A stretch of 38,833 nucleotides of DNA from Octopus bimaculoides (GCF_001194135.2 NC_068987.1:47734527-47773359), one strand, 5' to 3'; shown: positions 1 to 11,386, counted from the first letter of the stretch. Notes: generated by a model not told the origin, from the sequence alone. A program made the numbers and translations.

Positions 1-34
<34 letters not shown>

Positions 35-675
35 TATATAGACATATATATATATATATACATACATTTATATGTATCTACATATATATATATATATATA
101 TACATATATTTTATATATAAACATATATATATACATATATACATACCTATAAATATAATTATATATATACACATATATACATATACACACATATATACAT
201 ATATATATATACACACACATANNNNNNNNNNTCCCTTAGTGGGTTGAATCCTCAACCCCTAACTCTCTCGCATTATATATATATATATATGTATGTATAT
301 AAACTGGGCAAGTGTCTTCTACTATAGCCTCGTGCCAACCAAAGCCTTGTGAGTGGATTTGGTAGACGAAAACTGAAAGAAGCCCATCGTATATATGTAT
401 ATATATATATGTGTGTGTGTGTGTGTTTGTGTGTCTGTGTTTGTCCCCCTAGCATTGCTTGACAACCGATGCTGGTGTATTTATGTCCCCGTCACCTAGC
501 GGTTCGGCAAAAGAGATCGATAGAATAAGTACTAGGCTTACAAAGAATAAGTCCTGGGGTCCATTTGCTCGACTAAAGGCGGTGCTCCAGGATGGCCGCA
601 GTCAAATGACTGAAACAAGTAACAGAGTAAAAGTGTAAAGAGTATATAAACATATATATACACACACACACACAC

Positions 676-718
<43 letters not shown>

Positions 719-767
719 TATATATACAAACACACATATATATACTTCTACAAATATATATATATAC

Positions 768-812
<45 letters not shown>

Positions 813-1110
813 TATATAGACATATATATATATATATACATACATTTATATGTATCTACATATATATATATATATATATACATATATTTTATATATAAAC
901 ATATATATANNNNNNNNNNNNNNNNNNNNNNNNNNNNNNNNNNNNNNNNNNNNNNNNNNNNNNNNNNNNNNNNNNNNNNNNNNNNTATATACACATATAT
1001 ACATATACACACATATATACATATATATATATACACACACATATATATATATATACACATTTATATATACATACATACATATATATATATGCATACACAC
1101 ACACACACAT
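1..1110. repeat. (TA)n/(CA)n compound microsatellite tracts with N gaps at 222-231 and 910-985
   Basis: Direct reading. The YIYI/CVCV ORFs here are translations of the repeats. Confidence 0.95.
300..650 (+). mobile_element. SINE copy (family with TGGGCAAGTGTCTTCTACTATAGCC core), 5'-truncated, with internal (TA)n/(TG)n
   Basis: The same core recurs at ~10716-10870 and ~20035-20190, where it follows a tRNA-like head (GGCTGTGTGGT...GGTTCAGTCCC). Confidence 0.7.
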
Positions 1111-2008
1111 ATACATGTCCATCTGGCCGGTTGTCCGTCCATCCACCTATTCATCTAGCTATGCACTTCAAGTCCAGCCTGTAGTTATTAGATACCACAG
1201 GATAGTGTAAATCACCATGTCCAATAATGGCAGCACTTTTGAGCTGGTAAGCAATTTATTGTCCAACCTCACATTACCTCGTCTCTGAGTGTATAGACAA
1301 TTCTTCAATCCACAGAAAACTGTTTTCTGTCATTCACTTAATTCTAGAAAAAACAGAAATCTCACTTCCTTGACCTCCTTGTTTTACAGAAAGAGTTGTA
1401 GATGAAGTGAACACATTCCGATATAAGAATTAAGAAGTAAAGAATGATTTAAACATACTGTAAGATATGTGAAGCTAAGGAATGCTAGCCTGATAATATC
1501 ACAGTATGTTTATTAGCCTACATTCCTTACATTCAAGGAATATTTACTCAATTTTTCTTATCTATCAATCTTTTTTCTTTAATTCATTACTATAAACACT
1601 ATTTTTCTCCGTTTAGATGAAAGTCCTAACAAGTTACTTAGTTTAATACCACTGCCCGCTCCTTGGGTGTTTTCAGTGTAGTTCACTTAATTACATGTAC
1701 CTGTTACATATGTCCTGTGTATGATTTTAACCCTTTAGCACTTTTAACTGACCATATCTGGCCACAGTATTTTACCTGTTTTTATGTTCAGACCAACCAG
1801 ATCTGGCCTCTCACTCCTACTCTACAATGTCAATCTCAAAGCTACGGGATAATGCATGATTAATTGAAAACAAAGTAAATAAATAAGCATTACATTTCAC
1901 AGAATAATCCGAATTCTAAAGGGTTAAACTGCATCTGATAGTGGAGCTCTGGTTTGGGAGTTCCAGGGTTTTTGAGGAGTATGGAACTATCCCATAGCCA
2001 CTATTCCT

Positions 2009-2724
2009 CATCATCATCATCGTCATTTAACGTCTGCTTTCCATGCTGGCATGGGTTGGACGGTTTGACTGCAGACTGGCAAGCCAGAAGATTACACCAG
2101 GCTCCAATCTGACCTGGCAAAGTTTCTACAGCTGGATGCCCTTCCTAACGCCAACCACTCCAAGAGTGTAGTGGGTGCTTTTACATGCCACCGGCACAAA
2201 GGCCAGTCAGGCAGTACTGGCAATGATCACGCTCAAAAGGTGTTTTTTATGTGCCACCTGCACGGGAGCCAGTCTGGCAGCACTGGCAACGACCTTGCTT
2301 GAATGTTGTTTTTCACGTGCCACGAGCACATGTGCCAGTAAGGCGACGCTGGCAATGATCACACTCGAATGGTGCTTTTTACGTGCCACTGGCACGGGAG
2401 CCAGTCAGTGGCCCTTTCAACAATCACACTTGGATGGTGCTTTTAATGTTCCACTGGCATGAGTACCAATCAGGCGGTACTATCATCAGCCATGTCAGTG
2501 ATTTTGATTTCACTTGCCTCAACAGGTCTTCGCAAGCAAAGTTTATTGTCCAACGAATGAAGGGTACTCATAAGTGGGCTGGTTATACACCACTGGCATA
2601 GGCCACGAGTTATGGTCTCACTTAGCTTGATGAGTCTTCTCAAGCACAGCATATCTCCAAAGGTCTTGGTCACTAGTCATTGCTTCAGTGAAACCCAGTA
2701 TTCGAAGGTCATGTTTCACCACTC
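2009..2724 (-). mobile_element. RTE-clade LINE 3' end (ORF C-terminus, 3' UTR, (GAT)n tail)
   Basis: Minus-strand peptide VVKHDLRILGFTEAMTSDQDLWRYAVLEKT* (stop 2618-2620) is near-identical to the + copy at 33720-33831. (CAT)n at 2009 is the reversed tail. Confidence 0.85.
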
Positions 2725-2754
2725 TGACAGACTGTATGACACATGTGTACGAAC

Positions 2755-3383
2755 AGCCACGGACAACTTCGTCAATAAATCTCTGGAATGTGCTCGTTGC
2801 ATTCCGCAAACCGAAGCTCATAAACAGGAACTCGAAACTTCCAAAGGGGGTGGTAATGGCAGTTTTGGGAATGTTGTCAGGGTTCATTGGAATTTGATGA
2901 TCAGCTCAGATAAAGTCAACCTTGGAAAAAGTAGTACAACTATGCAAGTCTGAAGAAAAATTTTGAAGATTCCTTGTAGGATAGCGATTGGGAACAGTGA
3001 CCGCATTCAAACGTCTGTAATGTCCCACCAGGCGAAAATTTGAATCCCCCTTTCCATGCCAAATGTAGAGGAGATGGTCAAGGGCTAGTGGAGGGATGAA
3101 TAAGGCCAAGTTGAAGCATATGCTCGAACACAGATCGAGCCTTTTTGAGCCAATTAGGAGTGAGTCACCGTGGATGTGAAAAGACGAGTGGTCCAGAAGT
3201 AGTGATATAATGGCGAGTCAAGTGTGTGACTTTGACTGATTTAAAAGTCAGATCTACCAGCTCTGGGAAAGAATCCAAAAGGGAGTGGAACTGGTCACCA
3301 GCAGTAGCAACAAAAAGTGATGGGCTGAGAACAGCATTAGTAGTAACCCGAGTAGGTGTAAACAAAGATGTAGAATCGTCCAC
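2755..3383 (-). pseudogene. Gypsy reverse transcriptase N-terminal half, frameshifted, cut before YxDD
   Basis: Three ORF pieces in different frames give TTSGPLVFSHPR, YRRLNAVT..RYP, FSKVDF and KTAITTPFG...FQRFIDEVVRG. Confidence 0.85.
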
Positions 3384-3392
3384 GAGCCTCCG

Positions 3393-3779
3393 TCACCTGA
3401 CGTCTACTAATAAATGAAAGTGGTTTAAGAAGTCCACACCCAGAATGGGGTACGGTAGATCTGCTATAACAAAAACCCACCTAAAATCCCTTTGAAGGTT
3501 GAGATCTAGGTGTAATGAGACCTGATTGTAAGATTTCATCGGGGATAGATTCACCGTGTGCAGGTTAATGGCAGATTGCTTCGGCTTGTCTGAAGTAAGA
3601 TACAAAGGCCAAATAGAACAGCTGGATCCGGTATCGACCATGAGCGATTCGTTAGACATATGATCCTTAACAAAGAATGCACAATGAGATGAAAAATTGT
3701 GGGAAGAATCTGACGTGCCCAAATCTTCCGTAACTAGTTTCCCAACAGCTTGAACGAACAGGACTGGATGCATCGACAA
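3393..3779 (-). pseudogene. Gypsy aspartic protease remnant
   Basis: LMVDTGSSCSI active site and ADLPYPILGVDFL C-terminal motif. Confidence 0.85.
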
Positions 3780-3879
3780 GCTTTGTCCTTCAATGTGGCA
3801 TGGTACCAGCAGAGATTGGAAACTATTGGAGTAGAACTAGATGACCACTTCAAGGATGATGAGAGCTGGCGTGTTCTCA

Positions 3880-4482
3880 TCACAATGTGTCTATGCAACG
3901 TGCTAATGTATCAACTCTCGCCAAAATGTCATCATGTGATGAAGGAGAAGACTTTGTGGTAGAAGAGGAAGCTACTACGGTGTCCAAACAGGTATGGTGA
4001 GGTGCGGGCTGCACAGTGAACACTTTGATCTTGTCCGCCATGGTGGCTATCTGATCGTGCGAATTGGAGTCGATCGTTGTGGCCAGTATGGATTGGACAT
4101 TTGGCGGTAGCCGAAAGTAAAACAATTTCCTAAGCAGAGGATTGTCCTCAAGTGGAGTGTTGCTGAATTCACGTAAATCACGAAGAAACTCAGATGGCGT
4201 CCTATCTCCCAGTTGTTCATCCTGCATCAGTGTCCGGAATTTACTTTCCACGGATTGCGTGTTCCAACAGAGAACCTCAGATTTGACAGACATGTAAGTC
4301 GCGTCCGGATGTGGGTCAGTGATGAGATCTTTCACTGAGCGTGCAAGGGGTGTAGGCATCCCACAGTATAAAAGATTAAGCTGCTGTTGGTGAGGCACCG
4401 CATGGGCGGAAAAATACACATCCAATTGAGCGAACCAAAGTGTGACATCACCAGAGTATGCAGGTAGGTTGGGAAGACTCAT
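3880..4482 (-). pseudogene. Gypsy gag remnant
   Basis: 200-aa ATG-initiated ORF with LGDRTPSEFLR motif typical of CsRn1-type gag. Confidence 0.85.
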
Positions 4483-4953
4483 TTTTTTTCTTTACAGAGG
4501 AGGGGAAAGAAAAGGACCAAAGAACCAACAAAAGTGTTGCTGCAATAGTAACGTGTGTGCGAGAAAAAAATTTCCTTAGCAAAATTTTTGAATTGTTTNN
4601 NNNNNNNNNNNNNNNNNNNNNNNNNNNNNNNNNNNNNNNNNNNNNNNNNNNNNNNNNNNNNNNNNNNNNNNNNNNNNNNNNNNNNNNNNNNNNNNNNNNN
4701 NNNNNNNNNNNNNNNNNNNNNNNNNNNNNNNNNNNNNNNNNNNNNNNNNNNNNNNNNNNNNNNNNNNNNNNNNNNNNNNNNNNNNNNNNNNNNNNNNNNN
4801 NNNNNNNNNNNNNNAGTCAGCATGCTGGAAGTTGATGGTCGGCTGGAGTTGTGGCCATTGATTTTTTTTTTAGTTGGGAGTGAGCAAAAACTGTCAGTCT
4901 GTAGTTTGGTTGAGGCATCTACATGATAAAGCTTCCAGCTGCCGAAATCTTTT

Positions 4954-4970
4954 TTCCATTGGGGTTACCA
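4954..4970 (-). promoter_or_regulatory. Degenerate primer-binding site, tRNA-Trp type
   Basis: Minus strand TGGTAACCCCAATGGAA versus the Trp PBS TGGTGACCCCGACGTGA, 12/17 by hand with mostly transitions. It lies upstream of gag. Confidence 0.55.
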
Positions 4971-4971
4971 T

Positions 4972-5460
4972 TTTATAATGGAATTGAAGGCTTGTGATAC
5001 CTGTGGAGTATCTCCTTCTCCCATTACAATTATTTCTGTAGTCTTAAGGATCTGGAACTCGAAGAAGAAGCTTACAAGCCAATGCAATTCAATAATCGTT
5101 ATTTTAGTTTTTGTTCATGTGACTCGTTCCTGGTAACCATCTTCATGGCAGTGCGCGGTTTGTTATAGCTCTGTTCACGCGAAGTTCATTACCTCTGGAG
5201 ATAACAGGTGAGGTTAGAGTGGGTTAAGATTCCGCTGTGAGCTGCCTGCTTCACAGTGTTTCTCAGCGTAAGCGAGAAGGAGAAAAGAGAGTGAATGTCT
5301 TAATGCTCCTGCTTATATAGTCATTGCCAATGAGAGTCTCGCGCATGACAAATGGTTGCAGGCAAGATCTCGCTCTTGTCTCGGACATGGTAATGGCTAC
5401 TAGTGAGATCTCATACAAAATGGCGCTGGCTTCTTGTGCCTCACTGCACTACTATGCAGC
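4972..5460 (-). repeat. Probable 5' LTR of the Gypsy element
   Basis: Adjacent to the PBS. The minus strand has a TATA-like CTATATAAG (plus 5311-5319) followed by a CT-rich tract. There is no partner LTR, so the outer boundary is a guess. Confidence 0.45.
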
Positions 5461-5669
5461 ATAGCAATCCTAATACAAGCATCAAACAACATGCTCTTCA
5501 CTCTAAGAGAAAAGACCTTTGTTCATACAAAGTTTGCATATTCTGGTGGTCTGCCTGTTATTCCACCACACTACTTGTATGACCATAACTTGCATTAGGT
5601 ACAACATATGGAGTTTATACTTATTCTTTTTCTGTTTATCAAAGCCATTTCCCTGAAGATATAAGTGTC

Positions 5670-6130
5670 CTGTCTCCTTCCCTACTTACTAAAGTTTTAG
5701 TCTTTGCTAATTTCATTTTGAGGCCTCTCAATTCTTGATTAAGCTTCTATACCTGGCATTTCTTCTATAATTTCCTATAGATTCTATGAGAACTAGCTCA
5801 ACTGCATTTAGCAGTTCCCATGAAAATCCAGCAGTAAATTTCTCTGTGGTGGCCTGTAGGACTATGTTGAGTCAGAGAGGACTGAAGAATGAATCTTAAT
5901 GAACTCCTACCTTCACACTAAATTCATTACTAAAACTGTTGTCAACTCTCACTTTACTAACTGCGTCTTTGTACAAAACTTATACAAACATTTCATCTAT
6001 ACCTAGTTTCCTCAGTGACCACCAAATTACTAAGCATGCTGCCCTGTCAAAAGTTTTCACCAAATTAATAAAAGGCAAGAGTATTTATGTGTGTATACCT
6101 GCTTATTTTCTCCTTGTATTTACATGCTTG
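5670..6130 (-). mobile_element. RTE LINE reverse-transcriptase core fragment, decayed
   Basis: Hand translation LAFINLVKTFDRAACLVIWWSLRKLGIDE...KVRVDNSFSNEFSVKVGVH*DSFFSPL...SWELLNAVEL matches RTE RT (AFVDxEKAFD, GVHQGSVLSPL, WELLYADD). Confidence 0.75.
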
Positions 6131-6329
6131 GTTTCTGTAAACAAAACAACTTCACTATCAAATACAAGTGGTGATGTATGTTTGCAGTCAATTGCGAAAG
6201 CATGCCCAGACGTCTTACCAGGTCTTGATGTATTGCACAGTCTCTGTAAACAAAAGGGACTCTTAACTATATTCTGGCTGTTCCGTTGCTTGGTAGACTA
6301 GTGAATTAATACCTTACTTGAAAACACAT

Positions 6330-6443
6330 GAGGGTTGGCAACAGGATGGACATCTAGCTCTAGAAAATCTACCTCAACAAATTTCATCTGACCTATGCAA
6401 GCACGGAAAAGTGGATGTTAAGCTGATGAGGATAATGATGATG
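6330..6443 (+). mobile_element. RTE-type 3' tail fragment or RTE-tailed SINE
   Basis: GGTTGGCAACAGGATGGACATCTAGC...CATGCAAGCACGGAAAAGTGGATGTTAA followed by (GAT)n. Confidence 0.6.
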
Positions 6444-6667
6444 TACAAGACCACACATTTTGGAAGAGGGAACAATCAGTTATATTGAACCCAATGCTTC
6501 CTGTACTCAACTACTTTTATAGACATTTTGTAAATTTTGGCAGAATGAAAGGCAAACTCAGCCTCAACAGAATTTTAGCTCAGAACTTAAAACCATAACT
6601 AGAATAATACTGGAAGGGGTTTCTTATCTGTTTGGTGCTTTGTTGATTCTGTCTGTGCTAATTTTGG

Positions 6668-6860
6668 TTTCAAATTTTGGTACAAGGCCAGCAATTTTGG
6701 TGGAGGGTCAAGTCAGTTACATTGACCCCAATGCTCAACTGGTACTTGATTTATCAACCCTAAAATATGAAAGACAAAGTAGACCTTGGCAGAATTTGAA
6801 CTCAGAATATAAGGATGGCTGAAATGTCAATAAGTGTTTTCTCCAGCATCCTTGTGCTAA
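6668..6860 (-). mobile_element. tRNA-derived SINE (family with CCTTTCATCCTTTCGGGGTCGATAAA central motif)
   Basis: Reverse complement of the copies at 13557-13996, including the B-box-like GAGTTCAAATTC. Confidence 0.75.
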
Positions 6861-6879
6861 TTTTAATAGACTGTAAGAC

Positions 6880-7095
6880 AGTGAGCTGGCAGAATTGCTA
6901 GCATGCTATGCAAAATGCTTAGTAGCATTTCGTCTGTCTTTACATGCTGAGTTCAAATTCTACAGAGGTCAACTTTACCTTTCATTCTTTTGGGTTCAAT
7001 AAAATAAGTACCAGTTTTGCACTGGCATTGATGTAATCAACATACCCACTCCCCTGAAATTACTGGCCTTATGCCAAAATTTGAAACCGATATTA
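6880..7095 (+). mobile_element. tRNA-derived SINE, same family
   Basis: GTGAGCTGGCAGAATT head, GAGTTCAAATTC B-box-like motif, central motif and ATT tail. Confidence 0.8.
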
Positions 7096-7638
7096 ACAGA
7101 TTGTAGAATTCATTGGTTAAATAAAATATCCGATACCCATTTTTAATACCTGACTCAAGTGGATTAATATTGACAATTGTCTGTGGCAAGCTAACTCATT
7201 AGACTAACCTTACCAACACAGTAAATAAATAAAAGAATCATGCTTAATTAACAAATCAATATTACTATTGCTTACTATTACTACAGTTATTAGGGATATT
7301 TTATCCCAAAAATACACAAAAATACTCTGGAAAGAGTAAACCAGTCAGTGTAGCTGACTGTAGTGACTATGATAGTCATAGGAAGTGTATTGGTGGAAGA
7401 CGTAGTGATGGAAAGACAAAGAGAGAGGGGGAGGGGAAAAGAAAGAGAAATTGAGGGACTGAATATCCCTTGGTTACACTTAAAGCTACATACATGTTAA
7501 GTGACCATCCCTCCCACCTCCCACTTATATTGCCATGGAAGGGGCCAATAAAATACTATTCAATCCCTTGCCTCCATTCTTTTCATTTCTCCAACCTCAT
7601 TGTACTTACATACTAATTATTCTTTTAACAAGGAGACA

Positions 7639-7639
<1 letters not shown>

Positions 7640-7702
<63 letters not shown>
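7640..7702. repeat. (CT)n(CA)n microsatellite
   Basis: Direct reading. Confidence 0.95.
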
Positions 7703-7839
7703 TGTGTATATCTCTTTTTCTTAAACATTTGCTGACCACTTCTTACTATCATACCACTATTTTATTTCATTCACCTCTCTTTCTCTCTCTCTCTGTTATG
7801 ATGATGATGATTATGATGATGATGATGAAGTGGCAGGTG

Positions 7840-8690
7840 AAGTATATAATTTTCTGGAAAAGAGAACCCACTGCCAAAAAAGCAAAAGGGATGTTGAAAA
7901 ATTCAAGAGGAACTGCTACTCTGCTTAATATATAAACAGCAAAATATTAAATGAGGTACAAGGAAGAAGGAAGAGCTCAACTGTTGGACAGATAGATTAC
8001 AGGAAGGCCTACATCAGTGTCCCACACAGCTGGCTCTTGGAGTGTCTGAGGACACTCAGATTCAATGAGAATATAAACAACATTTTGGGGAAAGCAATGA
8101 GAGTGGGGAAAGTAGAACTGACATGTTCAAATGAATTACTAGATAACAGTGTGCTAATGCCTCTGACAAGTATACTGAGAAAATCCAGGCCTGCCTATGA
8201 GTTTACCAAAGCCAAGATGAAAATAAATCACCAACTTTATATGGATGACCTCAAGCTATATACAAAATGAGACATGCCTAGATTCTCTGATCCAGATAGT
8301 GAGAGTATTCAGTGAAGATATTGATATGCAATTTGGGGTAGATAAGCATGCAATTCTATTTATAAAGTGAGAGCAGAAGTTAGATTATAATGGCATAAAA
8401 TTATCACAAGGCAACATCATGAGATCGCTGTGAAGTAATGAGAGATACAAAAACAGGAGTGCAGCAAAACAATAGGATAATGGAAAGAGAAAAGGCCAAT
8501 ATTTAGGACTCATACCGTACGATCGCCGAGAAATGAGAGAGAAAGTTACTTAGGTGTACAAGAAGAGAATTAGGAAGGGTCTTAAAGCAAAATTTAAATG
8601 GAGGATCATCATTAAGCCATAAATACATGGACTATGAGAGTATCAATCACATTTTGAGTGAGTGCAGTATACTAGCACAAAAGGAGTATG
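7840..8690 (+). mobile_element. R4/Dong-clade (restriction-like endonuclease) non-LTR retrotransposon fragment with internal deletions
   Basis: IDYRKAY.SVPHSWLLECL, KINHQLYMDDLKLY, and at ~8640-8690 ESINHILSECSILAQKEY (CCHC region preceding the RLE). Confidence 0.8.
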
Positions 8691-8869
8691 CTTTTAACTC
8701 AGTTTATACTACTGCTTACTTCACTGCTGACTCTCTTGTTTCTTTGGTTGTATTGTGATTTTGTGGGGACTGTTGTTTTGCCATCTTCCCAATAATAACT
8801 TTAACCACCTTTTTTGAATACATTACCTGTGCCACTCTGATGAACAGTCTTATTCTTTCTTCTATGGAT

Positions 8870-9065
8870 ACAAAGCCTGATATTTTGTGGCAGGAAGCTT
8901 GTTAATTACATTGACACTAGTGCTCGGTTGGCACTTATTTTATCAACCCTGAAAAGATGAAAGGCAAAGTTAACCTCAGCCATATTTGAACTCAGAATGT
9001 AAAGAGCCAAAAGAAATGTCAGTAAGCATTTTGTCCATTATGATCCTGCTAGCTTACTGCCTCTC
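8870..9065 (-). mobile_element. tRNA-derived SINE, decayed
   Basis: TTTATCAACCCTGAAAAGATGAAAGGCAAAGTT...TTTGAACTCAGAATG is the reverse complement of the family core. Confidence 0.7.
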
Positions 9066-9439
9066 TGGAATATGCTTATAAAATCAAAAAAGCAATACAG
9101 CACACATGACTTTTAGAAACATTTTTTAAAATTCAGAATTGTCAAAGCATAGAATAAACTACCTGTGTCAGTTGTTAGCTGCCAAAACACTGTATCCTTC
9201 AAAAATTCATAGCTTTCTCACATTTGTTTACTTCTGATGTGTCCATGTAGCTTTTCTTTTTTATGGCTTACTGTTCACATTTCTGTCCTTTTGTGTTTTA
9301 TTCTGTATACTGAGTATATACTTCTAGTTTTCATTGCTGTCTTTCTTTACTTGACTTATTGCTGCTTTCTGTTTCCTCTTTTCAAATGAGATGAAGTGCT
9401 CCTGAACACTGTATACAATAAGCTCATCATCATTATTAC

Positions 9440-9640
9440 TGGTCTCAAATTTTGACACAAGGCCAGCAATTTCAAGGGTATGTTGATTACATCAGCCTCA
9501 GTGATCGACTGGAACTTATCAACCCCAAAAGGATGAAAGGCAAAGTTGACCTCAGTGGACTTTGAGAAAAAAACATAAAGTAGAGAAAAATGTCACTAAG
9601 CATTTTTTACAGTGCAGTAACAATTCTGCCAGTTTGCCAT
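9440..9640 (-). mobile_element. tRNA-derived SINE, decayed
   Basis: ATCAACCCCAAAAGGATGAAAGGCAAAGTTGACCTC is the reverse-complemented core. Confidence 0.7.
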
Positions 9641-9881
9641 CTTATATCATTATTATTATTATTGTACTGATTGCATTAGCTGGCACTTGATGTCAGCCAC
9701 TTGTCAGATTATTTTGTTTTTTAGCTTTATACAGCTCAAGATTAATTCTAGGCAGCTAATATCAAACACTGCATTTCAATTTTTAGTGCAAAGCTTTTGA
9801 ATTATTGCTAGTTTTCATGATTTTCATCTTGTCTTACTTCCTCTTACTTAAGTCTTGGAAACTATTGGACATAGAGTACTA

Positions 9882-10650
9882 TCAGGTTGCGTCAAAAGTC
9901 TTTGACTGGTGATTTTTGGCAACTTGTATCTCCATGTTATATCATTAATTTGATACAACTTGTTGATCAATCATTGTTCAATTATTTGTTCTTTATTTTC
10001 ATATATAACATATAATCATTAATTGTTTATTCTTTATTTTACAGTTTTGGTAATGAGTGGTGAAAACACTGTAATTAAAGCCATTTTATGCTATTTGTGA
10101 AAAGAAGGACTGAGTGCAAGGATAATGGCATAAAAAATTAATGACATGGAAGACCCAAGAACTGTCAACGATTGTGTGACACAAAACTGATTCAGATGTT
10201 TCAAGGAAAGTGACACCAGCCTTGAAAACAAGCCGAAGCTAGGGAGATCTTCTGTTGTGAAAGATGAGGCCTTACTCGAAATGGTTGAACAACCAAGCAT
10301 AAGCACTCATGCATTGTTGGCAGAACTTGGTCCTTCACAAAACAACATCAATCAACACCTCCATAAACTCAGCCTTGTGAACAGATGCTGTCAAGAAGTT
10401 CTTCATGAATAAACCAATGATCAGCCTCAGTGTGTGAACATTTGCAAACAATTGCTGGCAAATCCGAGAGACACCTGTTTTTGGCATCGAATTGTAACTG
10501 GGTATGAAAAATGAATCTGATTCCATAATTCTAAAAGAGAAATCAATGGCTTCATTCTGGCCTGATTTCAGAACCTGTTATCAAACAAAGGCAGTTTGAA
10601 CAGAAGATCATGTTGGGTGTTTGATGGAATTTTTATATTCACTATCAAAA
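9882..10650 (+). mobile_element. mariner-family DNA transposon, 5' TIR plus N-terminal transposase pseudogene (ATG 10053), 3'-truncated
   Basis: TA followed by TCAGGTTGCGTCAAAAGTC TIR-like start. Hand translation across stops gives KEGLSA...TQN*FRCFKESDTSLENKPKLGRSS...FWHRIVTGYEK*I...KIMLGV*WNF, matching mariner HTH, IVTGDEKW and KxMLCVWW motifs. Confidence 0.85.
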
Positions 10651-10715
10651 TATCCAGCCTTGATAGTGAGTATCCTACCTTGATGGTGTGTATATCCTAC
10701 ATTGATACATTTAGT

Positions 10716-10870
10716 AGGCATGGCTGTGTGGTCAAGAAGTTTGCTTTCCAACCATGTGATTTTGGGTTTGGTCCCACTGTGCAGCAGTTTGGGCAAGTGT
10801 CTTCTACTATAGCCCCAGTTTGACTAATGTTTTGTCAGTGAATTTGGTAGACACAAACTGTCTGAAAGCC
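10716..10870 (+). mobile_element. SINE with tRNA-like head and TTGGGCAAGTGTCTTCTACTATAGCC core
   Basis: Homologous to 300-400 and 20035-20190. Confidence 0.7.
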
Positions 10871-11331
10871 TTATATATATATATACATTCTGAGTTCAGG
10901 GTTGATAAAATAAGTACCAACCAAGCACTGGTGTCAATGTAATTAACAAGCTTCCTCTCACAAAATTTCAGGCTTTGTATCCTTAGTAGAAAGAATAAGC
11001 ATGGTCATAAGAAAGATACCTGTTGTTAATGTTCCTGTTGTTTGCATTTGTATTTGTGTACCATTTCTCCATTTTTTTGTCCTTGTTTTCGTACACATTC
11101 GCTGCTTTCTTCCAAAGAATCTATTGCTCTTAGCTTAGATTTTTCTTGGGGCTGGCCAGATTGGAGCAGTCTCAAGTATAACCAGCCGAAACTGCCGAGA
11201 AGATCCTGAACTCGACTGAAGATAGAAAACTCTGAATGACCTGTCCTTGCTTTTTCTTGTCCCTTTTTGTATCGTCTAACTCTCTGGATGTTTTGTTGTT
11301 GCCTGTTGTGTTCTTGTTCCATTTTTTGTAT

Positions 11332-11386
<55 letters not shown>

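Larger units (their letters stand above)
2755..5460 (-). mobile_element. Ty3/Gypsy LTR retrotransposon, 5' half (LTR-PBS-gag-protease-partial RT), CsRn1/Kabuki-like, 3'-truncated
   Basis: Gag with WFAQL...LGDRTPSEFLR...RLPPNVQSIL, protease VDTGSSCS, RT pieces YRRLNAVTVPNRYP and KTAITTPFGSFEFLFMSFGLRNATSTFQRFIDEV. Clade assignment rests on the gag motif and Trp-type PBS. Confidence 0.9.

Noticed and set aside
273-1158. ORFs rich in YI/CV/HT repeats, also at 11026-11782, 27251-28046 and 28433-28881
   Set aside because: They are translations of dinucleotide microsatellites and N gaps.
1201-1460. Donor CTG|GTAAGC (1247) and acceptor TTTTACAG (1389) suggesting a small intron
   Set aside because: The upstream segment has stops in all frames except a short ATG frame that terminates four codons after splicing. 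No recognisable product.
2170-2470. CRISPR-like look of the palindromic ~65-bp repeats, and of the triple 18-mer at 13539-14014
   Set aside because: Spacers are homologous to each other or are SINEs, the context is eukaryotic, and there are no cas genes.
11180-11240. CCGAAAC and CTGAAGA motifs suggesting a hammerhead ribozyme
   Set aside because: Stems II and III and a GUH cleavage triplet cannot be formed in any hammerhead topology I tried.
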